Shown here piece after piece: positions 8,278 through 16,570 of a stretch of DNA of 64,000 bases; the first letter of the stretch is position 1; each line of letters opens with the position of its first letter. Source of the DNA: Candidatus Poseidoniaceae archaeon. Lineage in GTDB: Archaea > Thermoplasmatota > Poseidoniia > Poseidoniales > Poseidoniaceae. The translations under genes and the position numbers were made by a program. Under the pieces are notes generated by a model. It made no database searches. It was given only the letters and a program-made list of their open reading frames with translations, and was not told the origin of the DNA. The stretch is from the NCBI GenBank assembly GCA_030747785.1, contig JASLKC010000014.1, positions 35,873 to 99,872 on the forward strand, in the 5' to 3' direction.

Positions 8278-11200
8278 TCACAGCGGTGCGAAGTCAATCT
8301 TGAAGTTGCCATTTGGTAACATCGAGATAATTGGTTGGAAACCTTCGTGAGGAGTTCTAGCCAAAGTATTCTGAATTACTGCCATGATTTGCGGGTCAAT
8401 CGCCATACTAAATCCGGCGCCGGTGGGTACAACATTTTGCGCAACTTGTTGTTGCGCCGCAGCCATTACTATGCCGGCAGTCATACCAACACCTTGCGAA
8501 GTAGGTATTTTGGGATCTACTTCAGTGTCAGTGGCGAGTGCAAGTAGGCCCTTTTCTTCCTCAGCCTCTTCTTCTTCCGTTGCTTCATCGGCTTCTTCTT
8601 CAGCTGCCTCAACTTCAACGGCTTCTTCCTCAGCCTCTTCTTCAACAACTTCATCAGATTCTTCTTCAGTCCCCTCGGATTCGTAGACCTTTTCTGCAAT
8701 TTCCGCTACTGGTGCTTGCTCGTATAGCGTATCAGTATCTCCCATTCTATTCATGTACAAGATTCCAAAGCCAAATGCTACAATTCCCATCAACATCCAA
8801 GTAACGTATGTTATTATGTCATCAGAGAATGTTGTAGAGAGCATGAATATTGCGAATAAGGTTCCAAATGAACCGAACCCTCTTCTCCATGGAGTTTCAG
8901 TCTCGTCTCTGAATCCTTGGATTGCTATACCTGCGAGGTATACCGCCCACATTGTCCACATCGCACCTTCAATTTCAGCATCTCCAAGTGCCCATGTCAG
9001 ACCAATTAGGAAGTAACAAATCGCCATGATGCCAATGCGATCAAGCCAAGAATAGTAATCCGTTTCATCATCCCATTTGAATTGCTTCCAACTCCATGCG
9101 ATATCGGCCTTTGTAGCCAACATTGTCATCAGCATTCCATTTACCATTAGCACAGTACCTACAATTACATCTTGAGCCATTTGTTCGCTTGGAACGATGT
9201 GTTCAATGATATTCCATGCAGCGAATGCCTGGAGAAGTGGTGTACCGAGAATTAGGTACTTCTGTCCACGTACATAGGTGTCCCATGTTGCCCATAGGGC
9301 GCCAAGTACAGTTCCAATTCCATCAAATGCATCATAAGATGCTGTGAGACAAACCAGCGTCCAAAGTCTCATGATTTCAATCATACGTTCCCTACCAGAT
9401 ACCAATTCAAGATTGAAACTACTTGGGGTTGCATCTGGATTCAATGTCGGCTCATCTGCCCAACGGTATAGAGTTCCACTTTGTGCCATACGATTGAGTA
9501 CCATTGTGACAAATCCTGTGCCCAACAGTGTATGAGACACAAATTCTCCAACTGTGAAATGATTGAAATTCGAATCCAACGAGAATCCAAACCAGAATGA
9601 AACCAATGTGAATAATGGCATCCAAGGAATGAATTGGATTCGTCCGGAAAGCCATGAATAGAATCCTAGCATCATCGTCAATGAGAGTAGTAGCCAACTC
9701 GCTTCAGGAAGAACGGCTAGTAGACCGATTGCCAACCATGCTGCAGGCGCAGCCATCGGAGTTTCAATTGCACCATCTTTCAAGCCATTATGGCGATCTG
9801 ATACGCCCTTTCCAAGAATTATTAGGGCAGTACTTGCCATAATTATTCCAGAGAATCTAGTCAATCCAAGGAATGTGATTTCGGTTAAGTCATAACTTCC
9901 AAAGTCAATAGCGCCGATAATTGAACCGATGGTTGCCCCATCCCAGATGAAGCGATCACTGTACAATAGCAAGGCGATTGGAGCAAGACTCAGAACGAGG
10001 TTATGCCTGTGCTCCAGACTTCTTTGGAATACAAGGAGGTACATTGCTAGGAAGAGGATACCTCCACTAGAATCGAGCATTCCAAGTGCTAATAGTCCAA
10101 AGAACGTCATTCTGTCAGCACTGACATTTAGAGCGTCGTCATTCAATCCCTTCTTGGTTAACATTATCGAAACCCCAATCGGGCCAGAGAGTAAGATGAG
10201 GTCGAGAACCAAACTATTGGTCAGCAATTCTTCGGCATGGCCGGATTCCCATATCATCTTCATGGAAACAGGGAGTGCCATTGCGAAAATGGTCCAGGTT
10301 GCAATCATCCTTCCAAGAGAAGATGCTTCATCGTCATCAATTACTTCCTTGATTACAATTCCAACCGGTATTAACATTGAAAGAGGCCATATGAGGTTGG
10401 AAGAAATCGCTTCGTTGTTTACAGTGGCTACTGCAATGGTGAATAATACCATTGAGCCAAGTAAACTCATCCTTCCAAGAGGCCCCCAGCTCTTCACTAC
10501 CCACGCAGGTGGTGCATCTGGGTCTGGTTCCGGAATCAACCAAGCATTGGTCTCGGAGTCGAAAACTGGAATAATTTGTTTGCGTTTTTCATCTCCCCAA
10601 GAGAGTAGACTACCAAGGTCGAGTTCAATTAACTTGTATTGCCGCATTGCTGCATAAATACCTAGACCTACTATTGCAAGTGGAAGATTGAATCCGTCCA
10701 TCTTGTCGGTAATCGACTCTAGGAATGGCATTTCCAAGCGCCCTGCCCAACTTAGAATGATTGTGATTAGAATGCTAGCAAAGGTTGCAGCAGACCCTTC
10801 GAATGCTTCATTGGGGTTATCATTGATTTCAGCGCTTCGCATCATCATCCAAGATGAAACAATCGTATAGGCTACGATAATCCATGGTATCCAGGGGTCG
10901 TCACCGAAAAGAACGGAATCTGAGAGAACCAATAACCCGAGCATAGAGAAATGTGCCCAATTCGAAAGATTACCTCGCTGGCGAGCAAATTCGCCTGTGA
11001 TTACTAGTGAGCACAAAATTAGCGCCTCAAAGTGTTGGTAATGGAATCCACCTGCCATGTAGCTCTGGATGAAGAAGGAACCACCAGCAGCCAAGACCGT
11101 CATGTTTGCAACCCATTTCCTCGTCTTATCACTGATAATGAGAAGGTATGGTAGCATTAGGATAGTTACAGTCCAAGGAATCAATCCTGCTTCGGGTACG

Positions 11201-12375
11201 ATAATGAATAAACATCCCGCTAAACCGATAGGCATGTACGGGATTCTTTGATTTAGCGCTGCTGGGAAATAAGCCAATAATACGGCAAGCCAAAGTGCAA
11301 CTTGTAGTGTCAAAACATCAGATAACATGCCTAGTTCACTCTGCTTTAGGAATCCAAGAACTAGGTGTAGGTCTTCAGAACGAGCGATTAGCATAGCAAG
11401 TATTACTTCTCCAACTAAGAAAGCCGAAGTTAGTTGCATCTTGTCTTTTTGCAGTCGGTGATCCGCTGCTAACCAGCCTTGGAAAATGATAATGAATATC
11501 AGTAGTGACATTGCGCTGCCAGTACCATCTATTTCGGGAGGATTGTTATTCCATTCATAGAGAATAGGAATTAATCCACTGACTACAGCAACTACTGCGA
11601 AGATTGTGAAACTATCAGAACGTAAAGCAAGGAACATCGAAACTGCAGTCATCGAAACGATTGCAATTCCAATTTCCCAAGACACATCATTATTGGCCCA
11701 ACCCATCCATACATTGAATCCTACCAATACCAATGCCAATGGAGCGAATGCCATCACCGACCAACCAAAGGTGGTTTTGCCCTTCAACCGGTCGAGATAC
11801 ATGTATTGTCCCGCCACCATCAGTAAGCATGCGCCCATCTGAATGTAGATTCCATTGGCAGAAGGATGCCATTCACTGCCATCACTATACGGAACCCCAG
11901 ATTCAAGAATCCAATCGAATTCATTTTCTCCGAGGATACCCATCATCCATCTGGCTCCCCAAATAACTCCTACAGCCATGAAAAAGAATCCCATGCCGAT
12001 GAGATAATCGTGAACCGAGTGAAGTTCATCTCCACCTTTCCTTCTTTGAAATTCAACTAATCCTATTGCCATACCAGCGGAGGTCAATCCCCCAATACCA
12101 AGGAAAAGGAAATTCGTATTGTCACCAGAATCATCGAAAGCTATCGAAAGTAATGCAGCCCATATGGCTATCATTGCCACGCCATACAAGATTAATTGAG
12201 CAAATTTCTGTATGCCTTTTTCAACTGCATTTGGAAGTGGACCTCCAGGATTTACCATCTCGATAGTAGGTTGGATTGTAGCACCACTTAGGGTACTTTG
12301 TCCAATTGATTGGGTTGCGGTAACTGCTTTGGACCTGATAGGCCGACGTGGTGGTGCTGACATGTTCCTCGGCAC
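8278..12375 (-). CDS. Very large polytopic membrane protein of unknown function with acidic C-terminal linker
   Basis: 1365-aa ORF, dozens of hydrophobic segments, E/A-rich tail; no recognised catalytic motif. Confidence 0.8.
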   Translation of the reverse strand: MPRNMSAPPRRPIRSKAVTATQSIGQSTLSGATIQPTIEMVNPGGPLPNAVEKGIQKFAQLILYGVAMIAIWAALLSIAFDDSGDNTNFLFLGIGGLTSAGMAIGLVEFQRRKGGDELHSVHDYLIGMGFFFMAVGVIWGARWMMGILGENEFDWILESGVPYSDGSEWHPSANGIYIQMGACLLMVAGQYMYLDRLKGKTTFGWSVMAFAPLALVLVGFNVWMGWANNDVSWEIGIAIVSMTAVSMFLALRSDSFTIFAVVAVVSGLIPILYEWNNNPPEIDGTGSAMSLLIFIIIFQGWLAADHRLQKDKMQLTSAFLVGEVILAMLIARSEDLHLVLGFLKQSELGMLSDVLTLQVALWLAVLLAYFPAALNQRIPYMPIGLAGCLFIIVPEAGLIPWTVTILMLPYLLIISDKTRKWVANMTVLAAGGSFFIQSYMAGGFHYQHFEALILCSLVITGEFARQRGNLSNWAHFSMLGLLVLSDSVLFGDDPWIPWIIVAYTIVSSWMMMRSAEINDNPNEAFEGSAATFASILITIILSWAGRLEMPFLESITDKMDGFNLPLAIVGLGIYAAMRQYKLIELDLGSLLSWGDEKRKQIIPVFDSETNAWLIPEPDPDAPPAWVVKSWGPLGRMSLLGSMVLFTIAVATVNNEAISSNLIWPLSMLIPVGIVIKEVIDDDEASSLGRMIATWTIFAMALPVSMKMIWESGHAEELLTNSLVLDLILLSGPIGVSIMLTKKGLNDDALNVSADRMTFFGLLALGMLDSSGGILFLAMYLLVFQRSLEHRHNLVLSLAPIALLLYSDRFIWDGATIGSIIGAIDFGSYDLTEITFLGLTRFSGIIMASTALIILGKGVSDRHNGLKDGAIETPMAAPAAWLAIGLLAVLPEASWLLLSLTMMLGFYSWLSGRIQFIPWMPLFTLVSFWFGFSLDSNFNHFTVGEFVSHTLLGTGFVTMVLNRMAQSGTLYRWADEPTLNPDATPSSFNLELVSGRERMIEIMRLWTLVCLTASYDAFDGIGTVLGALWATWDTYVRGQKYLILGTPLLQAFAAWNIIEHIVPSEQMAQDVIVGTVLMVNGMLMTMLATKADIAWSWKQFKWDDETDYYSWLDRIGIMAICYFLIGLTWALGDAEIEGAMWTMWAVYLAGIAIQGFRDETETPWRRGFGSFGTLFAIFMLSTTFSDDIITYVTWMLMGIVAFGFGILYMNRMGDTDTLYEQAPVAEIAEKVYESEGTEEESDEVVEEEAEEEAVEVEAAEEEADEATEEEEAEEEKGLLALATDTEVDPKIPTSQGVGMTAGIVMAAAQQQVAQNVVPTGAGFSMAIDPQIMAVIQNTLARTPHEGFQPIISMLPNGNFKIDFAPL

Positions 12376-12434
12376 TACACTGTGCTACAGGCCTATTGAA
12401 AGTTGGCCCGGCAAAATAAGAGTGTATAGCAGTA

Positions 12435-14360
12435 TTATTCCAATTCTGCTTCTACCACTTCATCGATATCAGCATCGTCAATAATGTATTGAGTACGGTC
12501 ATTTTTAACCGTTGCAACTACGAGAATAACGCTAAGCAATACCGCTGCTGTCAAAGAGCCCCAGAGAATGAAATTGAAATTCAAGGATGATTCAACACTT
12601 TCCTCTATCAAAGGTTCTCCTAACATAATATCTAATGTGATCAATGGACTTGAATCCGTTCCTTTAATTCCACGCATCGAAAGGGTGTGATTACCAGCGA
12701 GTTCAGTACCGGGCAGGTGTTCGAGTTCATGTGCAATTTCTTCGTATGTGAGATACACTACATCGCCGTGTTCGTAAGAATGGATATTGGACCATCCATC
12801 GCGTAGGTCATTACTCATCCATTGAACGGTATCTGTGCCTTCGGTTACTTCGACGCGAATAGAATCTCCCGGGGAAAGATGTATGTCTCCATTCATACTT
12901 GCTTGATTAGACAATGTTAGAGTTATATTTTTGTTGAAAGTGAATGAACGCTGCGCAGCCTCCATTACAGCCTCATAGGAATTTGTGTGACCGTGTCCGT
13001 AGACGTTATTTTGGCGATTCTTTGGAATAAAATCCTCTGCGCATGGTTCATTTTTTGCCATGTAATGGCATTCGCGATAAGTTGCAGTTTCCTGCATGAT
13101 ATTTCGAATGTCGAAAGGAGAGAGGTCCGGGTCAGCCTGAAACATCAGGGCCCCAACACCAGCAGCCCCGGGGGTTGCCATACTTGTGCCACTCATTGCT
13201 GTATAACCATCACCAGTATTCGCAGCTACTGACATGATGCTACTACCCATGTATGCGATATTTGGTTTGACTCTTCCTTCTTCAGTTGGTCCTTGGCTAG
13301 AATATGGTGCGATGCCTGTATCTTTGTCAAGCGCACCAACTGTGATGACATCTTCTGCAGAGCCCGGAGTGCCTATTTGAGCACTCACGCCGTTATTTCC
13401 TGCAGCGATAAAGAGTGCGATTCCACTTCGAACCATCTCATTAGCCATGCGGTTGACACTGTCTTCTTCAGATGAAGTCCATTCAATAGCACCTGGGCCA
13501 CCTAGGCTCATAGATGCGGCTCGAGTATTGTAATTGTGCATGGTATCGATTGTCCATTGCATCCCAGCCATTACTCCAGCGAAACTACCAGAACCTCCAC
13601 CGTCGAGAACTTTGACACCCACAAGGTGTGCTTGAGGCGCCATTCCTACATGTTCGTAGTCTGGGGCTCCAGTGCCTGCAGTTGTTCCTCCACAATGGGA
13701 GCCATGCCCATGATCATCGTAAGGGAAATCGGTACCATTTGTGTTGCTAGCATTGTTTACAGCATCGTAGAATGCGAGAATCTTGTGGTCATCAGTTGAG
13801 TTATCATCATCCATATCGTCAATGCTCGCATGGAGGCCATCGAGTCCAGTATCGATGATGGCTACTGTTGTACCTGAGCCATCATAGCCAGTTTCTTCGA
13901 ATGTAACATCGACTCCGTGTCCGACTCGAGCATCACCATTTGTTACTTCGAGAATTCCATCAAGTTCAATCATAACTATTCCAGGAAGGTCTCTAGCATC
14001 TAGAATTTCAACAACGGGAATAGTTCCTGCTACAGCATCGATTCCGGGAAGGCTGAATTGGTGCTCATAATCGAGTTCGTATGTTAACATCGCAATATCA
14101 TCATTAGTTGGAGTGTGATCGAAATCAAAAATCAAAGAGATTCTACCATCATCATCAAGGAATAATGGATGATACATGTAACGCTCTACCATGTCTCCTA
14201 CACCGTTTCCATCACGGTCAACAGTTGTTTCAGTCCACCAGCCAATGGGTTCTTCGTTTTGCTCGGCTGCAACGGGGATAGTTGCAACCAACATTGGAGT
14301 CACCAATAGTACGAGTGCAGACATACTGAGAATTCGCTTGAGGGTATTCATGTTCTTCAC
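12435..14360 (-). CDS. Secreted, membrane-anchored subtilisin-like (S8) serine protease
   Basis: Signal peptide, VAIIDTG, HGHGSHCGG, AAGN, SGTSMATP, C-terminal TM helix. Confidence 0.93.
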   Translation of the reverse strand: MKNMNTLKRILSMSALVLLVTPMLVATIPVAAEQNEEPIGWWTETTVDRDGNGVGDMVERYMYHPLFLDDDGRISLIFDFDHTPTNDDIAMLTYELDYEHQFSLPGIDAVAGTIPVVEILDARDLPGIVMIELDGILEVTNGDARVGHGVDVTFEETGYDGSGTTVAIIDTGLDGLHASIDDMDDDNSTDDHKILAFYDAVNNASNTNGTDFPYDDHGHGSHCGGTTAGTGAPDYEHVGMAPQAHLVGVKVLDGGGSGSFAGVMAGMQWTIDTMHNYNTRAASMSLGGPGAIEWTSSEEDSVNRMANEMVRSGIALFIAAGNNGVSAQIGTPGSAEDVITVGALDKDTGIAPYSSQGPTEEGRVKPNIAYMGSSIMSVAANTGDGYTAMSGTSMATPGAAGVGALMFQADPDLSPFDIRNIMQETATYRECHYMAKNEPCAEDFIPKNRQNNVYGHGHTNSYEAVMEAAQRSFTFNKNITLTLSNQASMNGDIHLSPGDSIRVEVTEGTDTVQWMSNDLRDGWSNIHSYEHGDVVYLTYEEIAHELEHLPGTELAGNHTLSMRGIKGTDSSPLITLDIMLGEPLIEESVESSLNFNFILWGSLTAAVLLSVILVVATVKNDRTQYIIDDADIDEVVEAELE

Positions 14361-14489
14361 CGCGCTCCGCGCGACTCAGCCACCTTGTTTGAATCCTCGC
14401 ATCCGGTGGATTTGTTGAAATGTTCATTCACTTTGTAAATTGAAGATATTGGTGTATGCCGGGATAGATGTCAAGAGTAACAACGCTTT

Positions 14490-15887
14490 GTGCGAACTAT
14501 GGGGCTCCGCAGTTGGTTCGGTCGAGTCCTAATGTCCACTTGGTTCAGAGAGGTTGACATCGTCGATGCTGAAAATGTTCCAAGTGATAGAGGTTCAATC
14601 ATTGTCTCATGGCATCCAGGTGGAATATTCGATAGAATGCTATTGAATGCCAATATCAAGGGTCAAGTTCCCTTTGATGGTTTGATTGATGATAGAGCAG
14701 AATTAGAGATGGTTGCTAAGAGTGTAGCTGTTGGTGGTAACGTAGTGGTATTTCCAGAAGGAGATGCACATGATAACCCCAGAGTCGAACAGATTAGGGC
14801 ATGTTCGGCTAGACTTGCTATAAGAGCACGCGAGATATCACCCGATAACCCTCCTGTCATCGTCCCACTTGGCATCCACTATAGCGAAAAGCATCAATTT
14901 CGAGAGCGTGTTGCATTGGTATTTGATAGGCCGGTAGAGGTTAGAGAAAATGACACCGTAGAGGGCCTTACCGACCTGATTAAAGCCGAGATGAATAGGG
15001 CATCACATTCACGAAGTAATTGGGAAGATCGCAAACTCATTTGGAAGGCAAGAGGTATTATTCATGCCGAGAGAGTTAGGCGTAATCCCGAACTTAAAGT
15101 GCGCCAATCTTACGGAGAATCTGTCCTTGGAGCAAGACGGGTCAGAGCAGCATGGGAATGGCTTGCAACCGAGAAACCCGAAAAATGCAAAGCTATCGAG
15201 AATGACATTAGAGGCCACCTCTCGAGAATTGAAAGTTTGGGACTACATCCAACTGATTTGGATTCAAAGCCTGAAAGTGTAAGCACCAAAGGTTTCCTTA
15301 CATCGATTTGGTGGTGGGGCTTTGCTTGGTCTTTCATGCTCGGCTTTGTAACATGGTCTGCAATCATCGGGTCTCTAATTCCATATCTATGTGTAATTCT
15401 AGCAGATAGAGTCGTTTTCAAGAAGTTGAAAAACGAGTCTAGACGCGGTGCTATGAAACTCTATACAGCGATGACCCTCTATCCACTTTGGTGGTTATTT
15501 GCAGCATGGATTATGACTTGGTTTATCACTAATGATGCAAGCCCACTGAACTATTTTTCTGATTTTGGCGTGATACTACCATTTTTGTTTTCTATGCCAG
15601 TTTGGTTCATCTATCCATTGATGTTGTGGTGGCTACCGATAGCTGCTCGTTTGCAATTGAAATTATACGCTCGTGGAGTTCGTGCTTGGAGGGAATTGTC
15701 AATGTGGAAGCGATGGCGTCAGTCCGACTTTGATTGGGATAGGTTGTGCGCTTCTCAGAAGGTGATTGCTACAAGGCTAGTAGCAATTGGTGATGGCCTG
15801 ATATTACCTGGGGATAAAGAGTGGACTGAGCCGAGAATTGGCATAGATGATCACGAGGTTATTTTACTTCGAAAAACCAGTAATTAG
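14490..15887 (+). CDS. PlsC-like glycerolipid acyltransferase with C-terminal membrane domain
   Basis: WHPGGIFD (H-x5-D variant), VVFPEG, IVPLGIHY, C-terminal TM helices. Confidence 0.72.
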   Translation: MRTMGLRSWFGRVLMSTWFREVDIVDAENVPSDRGSIIVSWHPGGIFDRMLLNANIKGQVPFDGLIDDRAELEMVAKSVAVGGNVVVFPEGDAHDNPRVEQIRACSARLAIRAREISPDNPPVIVPLGIHYSEKHQFRERVALVFDRPVEVRENDTVEGLTDLIKAEMNRASHSRSNWEDRKLIWKARGIIHAERVRRNPELKVRQSYGESVLGARRVRAAWEWLATEKPEKCKAIENDIRGHLSRIESLGLHPTDLDSKPESVSTKGFLTSIWWWGFAWSFMLGFVTWSAIIGSLIPYLCVILADRVVFKKLKNESRRGAMKLYTAMTLYPLWWLFAAWIMTWFITNDASPLNYFSDFGVILPFLFSMPVWFIYPLMLWWLPIAARLQLKLYARGVRAWRELSMWKRWRQSDFDWDRLCASQKVIATRLVAIGDGLILPGDKEWTEPRIGIDDHEVILLRKTSN

Positions 15888-15963
15888 GTCCTACAAAATC
15901 TAGCATTATTGGGCCAATGCTGAAAGAGGGCTTCGTCTTCGGTGGCACCGTAGGTGCCCAAGA

Positions 15964-16566
15964 ATGGTTGGTGATGAACACATCGCGATGATTCCAGCGA
16001 CACCTAATCGAATTTGGAAAGCCGAAGTAAATGGGCAGGAATACGAGGTTCTTGCACCATCGAATTCAATATTACTCGATGTCCTTAGAGATAAAGTGGG
16101 AACACTTGGAGTAAAACGCGGCTGTGACATGGGTACTTGTGGATGCTGTGCTGTGATGATAGACGGTGTCCCACGACTCTCTTGCCTGACGATGGCCAGT
16201 GAGGCTGAAGGGCGCTCAGTTACTACTGTTGAAGGCCTTTCAGACGGAGCACATCTTGCACCAATTCAGCAGTGCTTCACTGAGCATGGAGGTTCGCAGT
16301 GCGGCTTTTGCACGCCGGGCTTTTTGATCACATCGCAGGCTCTATTGAACAATAATTCGAACCCAACCGATTCAGAGGTCGCCTGTGCTATTGAAGGAAA
16401 TTTATGCCGATGCACAGGCTATCAGCAGATTATCGAATCAATTCAAGCAGCAGCAGCGATTCATCGTGGTGAAGTCGAATCAAATCCACCGGTGAGCGAT
16501 GCTCATCCTGACCCTCACCCTTCTGGCCCAGACGGTCCAGTATCGCCTTCGGGACAAGAGAGTTGA
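15964..16566 (+). CDS. Mo-hydroxylase small [2Fe-2S] subunit (HcrC/CoxS-like)
   Basis: KRGCDMGTCGCC...SCL and QCGFCTPG...GNLCRCTGY. Confidence 0.93.
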   Translation: MVGDEHIAMIPATPNRIWKAEVNGQEYEVLAPSNSILLDVLRDKVGTLGVKRGCDMGTCGCCAVMIDGVPRLSCLTMASEAEGRSVTTVEGLSDGAHLAPIQQCFTEHGGSQCGFCTPGFLITSQALLNNNSNPTDSEVACAIEGNLCRCTGYQQIIESIQAAAAIHRGEVESNPPVSDAHPDPHPSGPDGPVSPSGQES

Positions 16567-16570
16567 TTTC

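Noticed and set aside
8550..8670. TCTTC/GCTTC-rich quasi-repeat (also 35640-35880)
   Set aside because: Explained by Glu/Ala-rich coding sequence, not an independent DNA repeat
9929..10657. Long antisense ORFs (also 26646-27284, 27844-28374, 34643-35185, 45367-45942, 52369-52899, 57604-58080)
   Set aside because: They are shadows of well-supported genes on the opposite strand and have no motifs
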